A stretch of DNA of 64,000 nucleotides from a virus: positions 64,001-128,000 of IMG/VR virus record IMGVR_UViG_3300047557_004034; one strand, written 5' to 3'. The notes beneath the pieces are model-generated. The model saw only the letters and a list, made by a program, of their open reading frames with translations. It was not told the DNA's origin and ran no database searches. Within the stretch, counting starts at the first letter, position 1, and each line of letters begins with the position of its first letter. The translations under genes were made by a program, and so were the position numbers. Positions 8,129-18,190 of the stretch are shown one piece after another.

Positions 8129-10903
8129 TTAAGTTAGTATGGATTCCCACCCTTCTTCTGCAAGTTCGTACATGTAATCAGGTTTGAGACCACGTCTCTC
8201 CCAATAATTTAATTCTTGTTCTGTAACATCTAACACATCTTTTTGTAAATCATCTTGGTCTCCTTCACCTAACGGGTGACCATTGATAAGTTCACATTGT
8301 GATGTTGTAAAAATACCTCTCTCATGTGGTTCAGAAACAATCAATCCATTTCTAACTTCATCTTTAAAAACGACCAATAGGGGTTCGATTCTTTTATTGA
8401 AAGTAGTAATTGCTCTCGGTACGTTATAGTCTCCGGTCAATTCAGGGTCTTTATCCAAGATATCTTTATCTAACATATAACAATTGACCATTACACCCTC
8501 TGTTATAGGTTTCGATTTTGGGTTATTGTGTAAGTTAATTGCATTTGTATCTTTAATTTGTTTTGCTGTCATTTTCTGCACATCACCTTGAGAAGCCTTT
8601 GTTCCGTTATTAACATACATAATAACGTCACCTAAGTTTACGGTAAGATTATTCTGAATCGCCAACTCCATGTGAGCCATTCTTGACATTGAGTTTCCCG
8701 CCTTGGTCTTTGTTGTCAACCTTTTGATGTAATCATCAACACTGAGTTTTACTTTAGCTCTCTGAGCAATTTTAGACAAAGGGATTTTTTTCTCATATAT
8801 CTTAGTCAGATATTCATAATAATATTCTATAAATTCTTTACCCTCACCATGTAACAACATCTTAATTCCTTTATCCAAAAACTCTTCAATATACAGAGGA
8901 AGTTTCTTCGATTTGATGCTATTACCCGTCAATTTTATTTTTCCCTTAGCATCCATTACCGCATAATTCTTTCGAGCTAGATTAATACACGAAGGCCAAA
9001 CACCATCAGTATCTAACGCCATTTCCCCTCTCATGAATATATCATTGTATTCTGCAACGTCCGCCTCAGGACCCTTGTAGACTTTTCCCTTCTTAACTTT
9101 CCAATTCAACCCACGACCAACATATTCTCTTTCATTTGCATCATCAGGACTTGAAAAGTTCACACCATCCGTATCCATCACGAGTGGAACATATCCTTTC
9201 GTCATGAAAAACTTAATCATCTGACGGAGATATTGTCTACCAGTACAAGTAATTTGTTCACCCATATACATGTCACCCCAAGCAAATACCTGTGGTGCCG
9301 ACAACGCACCGAACATGGAGTTGATGAATATTTTGATTGGTAATTGTTTGTTGGAGTACGATTCTGACTTTTTCTTGTCCGTCTCATAAAACTCTTCAGC
9401 TAGTTGTTTGTATTTGATACGAGTGTCTCTGAAATACTTTAACATTCCTTTCATTGCACCCGTCACATCACAGTCAGGAAAAACATCGTGTACGAGCTGA
9501 ATTGAGGGGTATAGAGACGAGAAGTCCAACTTGAGAACATTCTTACTGTATCCGACCTTAAGTAGTCTAGAAAGACCTCCTACGAAGTCTGTCTTACCTT
9601 GTTTAGCTGGTATTGCTAAATTGTTTTTATACGACCAAGCCAACATCAACATTTTCCACAAAGTTGCAGTTCCCATCGTTGAGACTCTTTCGTAGGTTGT
9701 TGGAATCATCGCGGCGAGTAAGAAAGAACCTTGGTTGAACTCTTTATCAACCGCCAAAGTTTCTTCCAAGTCATCGTCAAGATATCTTTCAACAATATCA
9801 TCACCTGTTGTTTTGATATAAACGCCAGGGAATTTAATATCTAAATCCTTATAATCAGCAGCCTTTTTATATTTTCCGTTTTTAACATTCAACCAATATT
9901 CTTCTTTCTCATGGTACATTTTACCAATGTTTGTATGGTCGATATATACACGGTCAGGAGCCTCAGCATTAATAAATGTTGTTATATATTTAAGACCTGC
10001 AGATTTAATACTTGAGTTAATAGCCTGTGCTCTACGAACCGCATGGATAATATCAATAACGTTGTATCCCCATATTGAAGTTTGAGTGTAGGTTTCTACC
10101 TCATTCGCCAACTTCAACATATTATCTTTCCTCGTATATGAATGTTCAGGATGCAATGACTTACAAACATTTTTAGCATTAATTCCGAGAATTCTACATC
10201 TCTCAAAAATCCAATGCCAGTCGAAGTTTGCAGAGTTATAACCCCCAATGATACTTGGTTTTATTTCATTGATGATATTAAAGAATTCTATTATGGCTCC
10301 CTTCTCTTGAGACTCGTCCAAGCATTCAATTACCTTATGGTATCCTTTGTTAGTTTTAATTCCAATCATGAATATCCTACCGTCCTTAGGGTCCAAAGCA
10401 TCTGTTTCTAAGTCGAATACCAATCGGGTCACTTGTTCATAATCTTCAAACCCTTTGAAAAGTCTTTTTTCTTTGGAAATTAAATATTGCTCTACGGGTG
10501 GTAGAATCAATAACTTATCTTTTGTCTTGTCACCCCAAGGGTCAACACCACCATCTCTGAAGAACTGGACTAACTCTCTATACCCTTTCAAAGACTTAAC
10601 CATAAAAGTTAAACCATTTTTGAGTCTTTCATTATCTTGGGTTTCTAATTTTTCAATCATGATTCCATATTTTGTCATAGCCTCTTTTTGTGCCATTTTG
10701 GAATCATTATAGAACTTTAAACCTCTGAGGTCTCCAACCCAAGCAAACGGAATAAAGGTATCTTTTCTAATTTCTTTACCCTTACCAGGTATTTCTTTTA
10801 TTTTGTAAATGGAGTTAGAAACATAATCGAATTCTATCGCAACAATGAATTCTTCGGGGTCATTTCCATGTAGGAACGACTCAATAACTTCGTTAGATAT
10901 CAT
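8129..10903 (-). CDS. polB: Family B DNA polymerase with 3'-5' exonuclease
   Basis: ExoI FDLET, ExoII GYNSANFD, ExoIII YLDDD, motif A LDFSSLYPS, motif B KIFINSMFG, motif C MDTDG, KNYA. Confidence 0.95.
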   Translation of the reverse strand: MISNEVIESFLHGNDPEEFIVAIEFDYVSNSIYKIKEIPGKGKEIRKDTFIPFAWVGDLRGLKFYNDSKMAQKEAMTKYGIMIEKLETQDNERLKNGLTFMVKSLKGYRELVQFFRDGGVDPWGDKTKDKLLILPPVEQYLISKEKRLFKGFEDYEQVTRLVFDLETDALDPKDGRIFMIGIKTNKGYHKVIECLDESQEKGAIIEFFNIINEIKPSIIGGYNSANFDWHWIFERCRILGINAKNVCKSLHPEHSYTRKDNMLKLANEVETYTQTSIWGYNVIDIIHAVRRAQAINSSIKSAGLKYITTFINAEAPDRVYIDHTNIGKMYHEKEEYWLNVKNGKYKKAADYKDLDIKFPGVYIKTTGDDIVERYLDDDLEETLAVDKEFNQGSFLLAAMIPTTYERVSTMGTATLWKMLMLAWSYKNNLAIPAKQGKTDFVGGLSRLLKVGYSKNVLKLDFSSLYPSIQLVHDVFPDCDVTGAMKGMLKYFRDTRIKYKQLAEEFYETDKKKSESYSNKQLPIKIFINSMFGALSAPQVFAWGDMYMGEQITCTGRQYLRQMIKFFMTKGYVPLVMDTDGVNFSSPDDANEREYVGRGLNWKVKKGKVYKGPEADVAEYNDIFMRGEMALDTDGVWPSCINLARKNYAVMDAKGKIKLTGNSIKSKKLPLYIEEFLDKGIKMLLHGEGKEFIEYYYEYLTKIYEKKIPLSKIAQRAKVKLSVDDYIKRLTTKTKAGNSMSRMAHMELAIQNNLTVNLGDVIMYVNNGTKASQGDVQKMTAKQIKDTNAINLHNNPKSKPITEGVMVNCYMLDKDILDKDPELTGDYNVPRAITTFNKRIEPLLVVFKDEVRNGLIVSEPHERGIFTTSQCELINGHPLGEGDQDDLQKDVLDVTEQELNYWERRGLKPDYMYELAEEGWESILT

Positions 10904-10962
10904 AATTTATATTTTAAGTGACACATTAGCTTCCACTCTGAAGTGAAATTTGTCTTCACTGT

Positions 10963-10992
10963 AAATATAGAAAAAAATATCTACTTACCAAA
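10963..10992 (-). promoter_or_regulatory. Bacteroidota-type sigma promoter for polB (TTTG-N19-TATATTTA)
   Basis: Minus strand TTTG (10992-10989), 19 nt spacer, TATATTT (10969-10963); close to the known TTTG-N19-21-TAnnTTTG consensus. Confidence 0.55.
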
Positions 10993-11370
10993 TTAACAAC
11001 ATGGTTCGGTCGAAATAAAGCTGTCTTGAACATTGATGTAAAGTTCTTCCCTGAGAGGTAACATCAAATTTCCTTCATCATTCTTCAAGAGGAATTGACC
11101 TTGATACCTACCAACTTGATTAGTATCTCTAGCACTAAATTGGTAATAAATATAATATTCGGGAGTTGCACCGGCAGGTAACGTTAAAGGCACTATACTA
11201 CAAGGTGCTGATACAATTTTTGCAATACCTGTTGAGGTGTTAACCATTGAAAAATAAATTGTAGACACCTCTAGACTTTCCATTATTTCAAGGTATCCAC
11301 TTCTACCATCCTTAACAACTTGCATTTTAAGAACAGGGAGGGTTGCATTTTTTTTAATAAAAAATTCCAT
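10993..11370 (-). CDS. BppU-like Ig-fold baseplate/fibre-anchor protein
   Basis: Start MEFFIKKNATLPVLKMQV; YQFSARDTNQVGRYQGQF pattern typical of BppU N-terminal-like domains; TATTTAT 4 nt upstream. Confidence 0.55.
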   Translation of the reverse strand: MEFFIKKNATLPVLKMQVVKDGRSGYLEIMESLEVSTIYFSMVNTSTGIAKIVSAPCSIVPLTLPAGATPEYYIYYQFSARDTNQVGRYQGQFLLKNDEGNLMLPLREELYINVQDSFISTEPCC

Positions 11371-11386
11371 AACAATAAATATATTG

Positions 11387-13060
11387 CTAGGATTCTTTAC
11401 GCAACTTACCATCGTAATGTTCAAACCTATTGTGTTCAGTCGGTGTTAAAAGAAGTAATCCAGGATTAAACTCATCCTTCTTAATAAGTTGATACATATA
11501 ACTCATCCAAGTTTGTTCAAAAGGATGAGCCCATACTGTTTCTAAAAACATTTTTTTGTTTCCAAGTTTACTAACTATTTGTGGCCAATTACAATAATAA
11601 ACATCTCCGTTTGTGTATGGTACACCCTTATGAGAAATTATATTTTTATACACCGCTTTTGGGGCGTTAGGGTCCAAACCTATTTCAGGTAATCTGTTTT
11701 TTTCGGGCCAAAATTGTTCTCTTACGTTTTGTGGAACATTATACCAAGCCCACTGTGTACCATTATCACCAAAAAATTCACTATAGTTTAATTTCAGATA
11801 ATCAAAATTTTCTTTTTTTGATATTTCGAGAGAAAGTTGATATAAATTCGGAACAAATCTGTTAAATCCATTTCTACATACACCTGAATTAGGATAAAAA
11901 AACATGTCATCCTCGAAAAAAAACATGTAATCTAACTCAGTTTCTTCAAAATGTTTTGCAATAAATTGTCTACCTCCACAGATACCCAAATTACCTTCCT
12001 CAGGTATTATATGTTCAAAATCATACTCTTCACAAATACTATTATACTCGTCATATGTAGACTGGTCGGTAGAATTATTTAAAAGATATTTTTTAGGTTT
12101 TTCGATAAAAGTTTTATCATATTTTAACATTGAGTCTATTAAGGTTCTGAATTGTTTTGGAGAATTAAAAGTTATCACATAAAGACCTACCTTATTTATA
12201 TCCAAATTATTTACCTTTAAACTTTTGTTTTCTGTTTTAACTAATAGATTGTCATTTTTAAGATTTTCAAAAAAAGTACCAATCAATCCATTATCCTGTA
12301 TTTCAAAATAATTTATCAAATCCGAATGTTTGTAGGTCATAATTGTAAAAATTGATTCCTCCGTACCCATGTAACCTTCGTCCAAAGTTGATTTCAATAA
12401 ACCGTAATATATACTATTCATCTCAGAAATGCTGTCTTTTGGCCCTCCAAAAAAACCGGCTCTTGCAACTTTATTCACTTTAGCATTAACAATCTTTGAT
12501 AACTTATCATATTTAAAACCATGAATTTCTGAATTTGTCTCATAAGGAAAACAAATAAATGAAAACTTAGAAATATACTTCTTTAGTTTAGAAAGCACTT
12601 TGTCGTGAGTAAAATATCCAGCATGAACTGTGGAAGTTAAACCGCCGTCAATCCAAAACATATAATCTGAATTAAATTGGTCCATTATTTTTGCATCATG
12701 TAGTAAAAACATTTTCGACATGACTAACGGGTTGTAGTTTTCCAATTTTGCCTGAGTAGACTCTGAAAGCCAACCGACTTGATTATACCAATCAGGATTA
12801 GTTCTAATTTTTTGAATCTTATCAAAAAACTCATTGTTCCTAAACCAATTCAAATCACGAACAATGAATTGAGTGTTTTCAGGATTTCTTCTTTCGAAGA
12901 CAAATTTTTTCAGTTCTTCGTCACCGAAAATTATCATATTTTCAGAAACCTTGAGGAGTTGTTCAAACTTATCTAAATAATGACTGAAAGGTCTTGACCA
13001 ACCTTCCGATAAATCTTTTCTACCAATATCCCAAATACCTGTTACTAATGTTATTGACAT
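11387..13060 (-). CDS. HtrL/YibB-like domain fused to GT-A glycosyltransferase
   Basis: TLVTGIWDIGR, FWIDGG, AGFFGG, GTEESI (HtrL-like); second domain VITFNSP...NLGICGGRQ...FFEDD (GT2-like). Confidence 0.7.
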   Translation of the reverse strand: MSITLVTGIWDIGRKDLSEGWSRPFSHYLDKFEQLLKVSENMIIFGDEELKKFVFERRNPENTQFIVRDLNWFRNNEFFDKIQKIRTNPDWYNQVGWLSESTQAKLENYNPLVMSKMFLLHDAKIMDQFNSDYMFWIDGGLTSTVHAGYFTHDKVLSKLKKYISKFSFICFPYETNSEIHGFKYDKLSKIVNAKVNKVARAGFFGGPKDSISEMNSIYYGLLKSTLDEGYMGTEESIFTIMTYKHSDLINYFEIQDNGLIGTFFENLKNDNLLVKTENKSLKVNNLDINKVGLYVITFNSPKQFRTLIDSMLKYDKTFIEKPKKYLLNNSTDQSTYDEYNSICEEYDFEHIIPEEGNLGICGGRQFIAKHFEETELDYMFFFEDDMFFYPNSGVCRNGFNRFVPNLYQLSLEISKKENFDYLKLNYSEFFGDNGTQWAWYNVPQNVREQFWPEKNRLPEIGLDPNAPKAVYKNIISHKGVPYTNGDVYYCNWPQIVSKLGNKKMFLETVWAHPFEQTWMSYMYQLIKKDEFNPGLLLLTPTEHNRFEHYDGKLRKES

Positions 13061-13062
13061 AA

Positions 13063-13698
13063 TTATTTTTTAACTTTACAAACCCAAACTACATTGTCGA
13101 ATATATCTTTATCATATTCAACCAAATTATTTTTTTCACAACTTTCAACCAAATCAGAATCAGAAATCTCATGCCAATTCCAAACCTTTTTATATATTTT
13201 TTCTTCGAAAACCTCTCTATTTTCTGAATAATCGTGAGCTAATATAAAGTCCCCTTCTTTCAGAAAATCGGACAAAAGATTAAATTCTTTAATTTTGTTC
13301 CCTCCATCACAAAGTACTATAGTAATACCATCTTCCTTTATAAAAGAAATTACTTCATCTTTCAATTTAGTATATTCGTTGTCGAAAATATTTTCAGTTC
13401 TGATGTCAACGCCTGAATCTCTCATTTCTTGATACCAAGGGTGAGAAATAATATCATAGGATATCAATTTACAATCTAATCCAATTTTTTTAATCGTGTA
13501 ATCTAAAAAACAAGTAAACCCACCAAGTGAAGTTCCAATTTCTAATATTCTTGAGGGTTTAACTTTACAGATGAAATTGTGAAAAACTTCAAAAACGTTC
13601 GGATTTTGTTGGGCCGCCCATCCATCAAATGTTGAAATACTATCGTTAAATTCTAAATTAGATTTTTTTGTGACTTTATCTTCGAACTGACAATTCAT
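13063..13698 (-). CDS. Class I SAM-dependent methyltransferase (CmcI/Methyltransf_24-like)
   Basis: ILEIGTSLGG, SYDI, LCDGG, LKEGDFILAHD. Confidence 0.8.
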   Translation of the reverse strand: MNCQFEDKVTKKSNLEFNDSISTFDGWAAQQNPNVFEVFHNFICKVKPSRILEIGTSLGGFTCFLDYTIKKIGLDCKLISYDIISHPWYQEMRDSGVDIRTENIFDNEYTKLKDEVISFIKEDGITIVLCDGGNKIKEFNLLSDFLKEGDFILAHDYSENREVFEEKIYKKVWNWHEISDSDLVESCEKNNLVEYDKDIFDNVVWVCKVKK

Positions 13699-14555
13699 AG
13701 TTGTATGATTTTTTTTAATGGGTTATATTCTGAAAAATATCTATTTTTAATTTTTCTTAATCCTTCTATTTTTTCTGAATAAATTTTATCAGAATTATCA
13801 TTAATGTAAATTAAAAGTTTTTTTATTTCTTTCAAGTCATTAATATCTTCAATTAAAATATACCCATCTTCAGGATAAATTTCTTTTATATTTTTACATC
13901 CAAAATAGATTGGTATGGTATCTGTCAAAATACAATCATAGAATTTTTCACTTATCCAATTTTTTTGATACTCGTTTTCAATTGAAATATTGAACTTGTA
14001 ATCTATTAAAGCATCGTGTCTTTTAGGACTGTTCTTCCAACCACCATAGACTTCAACAAAGTCTAACTCATTAATTAATTCTGCAATAGCATATCTTTCA
14101 GGATACAAACAATTCTCCCCCAACTTCTGATTCAAGGAAGTTATAGAAGAAGATATATTTTTGTTTTTGGTTGTCTTAAACTTTGATAAATTATCAAATG
14201 ACCAAAATTCTAAAGGGTCCATCCAAGGACCCCTCCCACCATAAAAAGTATGTGCTACAGTTTCAACACATTTTACATTATAAAAGGAAGAATCGAACCC
14301 AAAAACTGTGACATTTTCATTAAAATTTTTTTGATGACTGCCAGAAAAAGTTGGTTCGTGAGGAAATACGTAACCTTTAGCACCGTCTCTAACACTCTGA
14401 GTCATATAATTAAAAAAAACTATGGTATCATAACTTTCGTCAAACACAAACTCTATTTGTGTTAAATCTATGTCAGGTGTTTTGAATTGTTTCAACAATC
14501 TATCCAAAATGTTTTCAGGGGTATCCCAACCGGCACAAATTTTAATTTTTTTCAT
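13695..14555 (-). CDS. GT10 (fucosyltransferase-like) glycosyltransferase
   Basis: YKFNISIEN...WISEKFYD....TIPIYFG GT10 signature. Confidence 0.85.
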   Translation of the reverse strand: MKKIKICAGWDTPENILDRLLKQFKTPDIDLTQIEFVFDESYDTIVFFNYMTQSVRDGAKGYVFPHEPTFSGSHQKNFNENVTVFGFDSSFYNVKCVETVAHTFYGGRGPWMDPLEFWSFDNLSKFKTTKNKNISSSITSLNQKLGENCLYPERYAIAELINELDFVEVYGGWKNSPKRHDALIDYKFNISIENEYQKNWISEKFYDCILTDTIPIYFGCKNIKEIYPEDGYILIEDINDLKEIKKLLIYINDNSDKIYSEKIEGLRKIKNRYFSEYNPLKKIIQL

Positions 14556-15199
14556 TTAACCTTTTGAATTTTTGATTTTTTATTTTGAAAAACTAAATCC
14601 ACTTGAATTAAATCCTGACCGTAATGTCTATGTAGCTCAATCACTTCATATAATCTGAAATCATTTTTTAAAAATTCGAAAATATTTTCGACCAAACAAC
14701 CACCAATATTATATTCAACTAATGAACATTCTAATTCGATAAACTCAATCTCTTTTAACATATCACCCAATCCCTGCATTATTAAAATCTCCGAACCTTG
14801 TGTGTCTATTTTCAGTAAATCTATTTTAGTTATGTTCTTTTCTGAACAAAGACTTTCTAAAGTTTTTGTAATCCTTTTTTCTTCGATTGTATTATGTGGC
14901 ATATAGTGCTGAGTATCTTCTTTAAAAATTGAATCCCCTGTACAAAGACCTTCAACTTTCTTGTAGAAAATAATTTCCTCCCCATCTTTGTTGGATAATA
15001 CTTCTATGGCACAATCATTAGTATTTGGAAAACACCCGTTTTCATTCCAATCATTTGCATCAATTCCAAGTACAAAAGAGTTATTGAAAACTGATTTTAT
15101 TGAACCTGACCATTCTCCCTTACAAGCTCCACAATCCACTATTACATTTGGATTGAATCCTAAATTCTTAATTCTATTATAAACAAATTCTCTACTCAT
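14552..15199 (-). CDS. FkbM-family methyltransferase
   Basis: VDCGACKG and IDLLKIDTQGSE motifs. Confidence 0.9.
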   Translation of the reverse strand: MSREFVYNRIKNLGFNPNVIVDCGACKGEWSGSIKSVFNNSFVLGIDANDWNENGCFPNTNDCAIEVLSNKDGEEIIFYKKVEGLCTGDSIFKEDTQHYMPHNTIEEKRITKTLESLCSEKNITKIDLLKIDTQGSEILIMQGLGDMLKEIEFIELECSLVEYNIGGCLVENIFEFLKNDFRLYEVIELHRHYGQDLIQVDLVFQNKKSKIQKVK

Positions 15200-15205
15200 A
15201 AAATT

Positions 15206-15949
15206 TTACCTTTTGTTACCATTGAATATGAAACCAAATTGTGTTTGTAGGTCTCCCGAATGTAAGTCAAACATATTATCATACCCCGCAAATTTTGCAG
15301 ATATACCTATTTCGAAACCATCACCCCAACTACCATTACCACCATTTTGACTTTGCATGATAGAATTTAATTCACTCCATTTATTTGCAAACAATTCTAA
15401 TTTTTGTTTATCATATTTGAAAATTAAAAAATGTTCACTTGGTAAACAAGAATCTATAAGTCTATCATTCATATCCCAACTCAAAACACCATATGAATGT
15501 ATTTTGTGACTAAACAAACAACTACCAATGTTTTTTAATTGTGCAATTTCACCTCTCAAAACACAATTAAGTCTAGTTGCAACAGAATCATGAGATTCCA
15601 TCAAAGACTTTAACCTTTCGTCAGAGACATCATTCCAAAATGTGTGTTTTATATCCCCATCCACATAAAAAATAACATCATATCCTTCAGGGATGTCTTT
15701 GAATGCCAAATATTTTAGATTGTAATTAAATTCTGACCCTCCCTTATATAACAAAATTGAATCGGCAGGAACATTATTCCTTACAATCAATCTTTCGTTA
15801 TTTATGTCTTCGAAGAAAGAAACATCATTCGTTGTTAACAAAATGTCGTGTTTGGTGTTTGACAATAATTCATTTATCAAATCTTTCGATGCATTCAAAT
15901 ACATTTGTCTATCTGTGGCTAATGATAGTATTGTGAATAATATTTTCAT
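15206..15949 (-). CDS. Putative GT-A glycosyltransferase
   Basis: FNYNLK...YDVIFYVDGD (DxD), late WGDG; glyco-cluster context. Confidence 0.6.
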   Translation of the reverse strand: MKILFTILSLATDRQMYLNASKDLINELLSNTKHDILLTTNDVSFFEDINNERLIVRNNVPADSILLYKGGSEFNYNLKYLAFKDIPEGYDVIFYVDGDIKHTFWNDVSDERLKSLMESHDSVATRLNCVLRGEIAQLKNIGSCLFSHKIHSYGVLSWDMNDRLIDSCLPSEHFLIFKYDKQKLELFANKWSELNSIMQSQNGGNGSWGDGFEIGISAKFAGYDNMFDLHSGDLQTQFGFIFNGNKR

Positions 15950-16890
15950 GATAAGAAAACTCTATTGAATTTGTCCATGATTATTTCAGGACTGAATTGT
16001 TTATATGGTAAATCATAATCTTCATATTTCAAATAACTTTTGAAGTTATTAAAAATATCATAAACTTCATCTGGATTATTGTAAATAATCGCTCTTTCCC
16101 CTAACATCTCAAGATGAGCTCTCTCACCCGAAAGTCCATAAGTAACTACAGGTTTATTTTCTAATGCAAATTCTGATACTGCCAACCCAAAAGTTTCCCC
16201 ACCACTTCTAGCATGTATCATTGCATCGCACGCATTAACAAAAGATGATTTGGTTTCCAAATTCCACGAACCAGGTAAAAATTTTACCTTCGGGTGGTCA
16301 ACAAACTTGTTTATGTTCATGAATATAAATTCTATGTCCTCTCTTTCATTAACTGTTTTTATAATCATTTCTTTTACAAATTCTATATTGAATTCAGTCG
16401 AACCAGCATAGCAACCGAATACTGTAGAAGTACTTGGTATACCTAATTTATCCCTAAAATTTTCATTCGGAGGGGGTAACTTCTCACAAATATACGGTAA
16501 TGAATGTGTCTCAGGAGAATATCCTTGGTCTTTAGCTAACCAATCAGAAATGTAAAAATATTTATGACCATGTGGTTCGTTAAATCTAAACACAGTATGA
16601 ATCAAAGTTGGGATTGTTTCTAAACAGTAACCATCTTGATTTCCCATCTTAGTAAAATACAAGAAGTCAAAATTATTTTCTTTAAGATAAGTTTCATACT
16701 CCCACCAATACTTTATTTGTACTTCAAATCTATTTTGGAATTTTTCTAACGCATCCATATTTGAGTTAGGAAACGTAAAAATTACACTTTTATTACCCAA
16801 TACTTCTTCATTGTATTTGGCATAATTGAACAAACTAACCTCAGTGCCTCTTATACATAATTGATTACTATGGAATGCGATTTTTTTCAT
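15946..16890 (-). CDS. GT-B (GT4-like) glycosyltransferase
   Basis: Start MKKIAFHSNQLCIRGTE; CDAMIHARSGGETFGLAVSEF (E-x7-E motif). Confidence 0.85.
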   Translation of the reverse strand: MKKIAFHSNQLCIRGTEVSLFNYAKYNEEVLGNKSVIFTFPNSNMDALEKFQNRFEVQIKYWWEYETYLKENNFDFLYFTKMGNQDGYCLETIPTLIHTVFRFNEPHGHKYFYISDWLAKDQGYSPETHSLPYICEKLPPPNENFRDKLGIPSTSTVFGCYAGSTEFNIEFVKEMIIKTVNEREDIEFIFMNINKFVDHPKVKFLPGSWNLETKSSFVNACDAMIHARSGGETFGLAVSEFALENKPVVTYGLSGERAHLEMLGERAIIYNNPDEVYDIFNNFKSYLKYEDYDLPYKQFSPEIIMDKFNRVFLS

Positions 16891-16915
16891 ATTTTGTTTT
16901 ATTTTTTTTTTATTA

Positions 16916-17473
16916 TTAAGGATAAAAAACAAGTCCTGTTCCTGTGATGTGTCCGATATCAGAAATGTCTATTTTTTTTAATTCAATTCCAAGCCAAAAA
17001 TCTAACATAGGGGTATTCAAATGAATGTCATCATATAATACTAAACCTTGATAATTGATGTTAATCAAATGTTTATGAAACATATTTTCAAAAGAACCAT
17101 CATGGAACGTATCAAGTAAAATAACCTTTGAATTGTGAATTGTATTGATATGTTTTTCATCTAATACATCGTCAATCAAAAATTCAATGTTTTCAGGAAT
17201 AGATGAAAGGTCTAAGTGATAACCAACATCGATAGAAATAACTCTGTTAGATTGGTTAGTTGAAAAGGCTAGTGCAGAACATCCTTTCAAACTTCCGATG
17301 TCCAAAAATTGCACATTATCATACTTACTCGATATAAACGACAAAAGTCTGTAATGTTCCATACCTGATGGAGAAAGGAAATATCTTTTATACTCATCAG
17401 AATTAATCAGATTAACGTGAGAATCCAAATTCAATTGGTCTAAGTCTTCATTTTTTATTTCTTCAATATTCAT
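16916..17473 (-). CDS. Class I SAM-dependent methyltransferase
   Basis: FLDIGSLKG, ISIDV, LLDTFH, LYDDI. Confidence 0.75.
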   Translation of the reverse strand: MNIEEIKNEDLDQLNLDSHVNLINSDEYKRYFLSPSGMEHYRLLSFISSKYDNVQFLDIGSLKGCSALAFSTNQSNRVISIDVGYHLDLSSIPENIEFLIDDVLDEKHINTIHNSKVILLDTFHDGSFENMFHKHLININYQGLVLYDDIHLNTPMLDFWLGIELKKIDISDIGHITGTGLVFYP

Positions 17474-17485
17474 ACAAAAATTTTT

Positions 17486-18190
17486 TTATTTATTTAAAGC
17501 ATCCCAATAACACCTTTCAAGATATTCATCATATTTTTCGAAACATTTCAAATTATCAGAATACCCATCGCGTTGTGTGAACAACATGGGTATTGTTATA
17601 CCTACATTAAATAGCCTATTTTCCCTTTTACATAATATTTCGTGTGAACAACAATCATTAAAAAATTCATCGTGTATTACACGGTAATATGGGTCATTGG
17701 GGTCATTGTAGTTTTTTAATGTTTCGTAAAAGTATTCGAGAAAATTTTTTTTATATAGAAACGCTTGGGCACACAGCGCATTGGAAACTTTTCCGAAGTG
17801 CTCGTCTAATCTTTCTATTCTTGCACCTTCCAAAGGTCTAGTACCCATACCAATTAAATCAAAGTATTCGTAGAACCTATCCCACTTTTCAAAAACTTTG
17901 TCGAAGTCGGATTCTTGTGTACCATTCATTACTTTAATATCATCTTCGAATATTATTATCGACTCTAACCCTTCATCAAGTGCTATTTTTGCACAATTCA
18001 AAAACGCTTGAGTTGCACCATAAACTCTCCATTCAGGGTCTTCGTAAATTACACCATCAATATACTCATATCCATCGAATCCGTATTTTTTTAATACAAG
18101 TTCCGTTTCGTATTTTCTATCCATCCTATAAGGTAAATTTATTACAAATCCCTTATCGGCAATTTTCTTTCCTTTATAAGAAACCATCAA
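17486..18190 (-). CDS. GT25-like glycosyltransferase
   Basis: FVINLPYRMDRK and IIFEDD motifs of GT25. Confidence 0.8.
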   Translation of the reverse strand: MMVSYKGKKIADKGFVINLPYRMDRKYETELVLKKYGFDGYEYIDGVIYEDPEWRVYGATQAFLNCAKIALDEGLESIIIFEDDIKVMNGTQESDFDKVFEKWDRFYEYFDLIGMGTRPLEGARIERLDEHFGKVSNALCAQAFLYKKNFLEYFYETLKNYNDPNDPYYRVIHDEFFNDCCSHEILCKRENRLFNVGITIPMLFTQRDGYSDNLKCFEKYDEYLERCYWDALNK

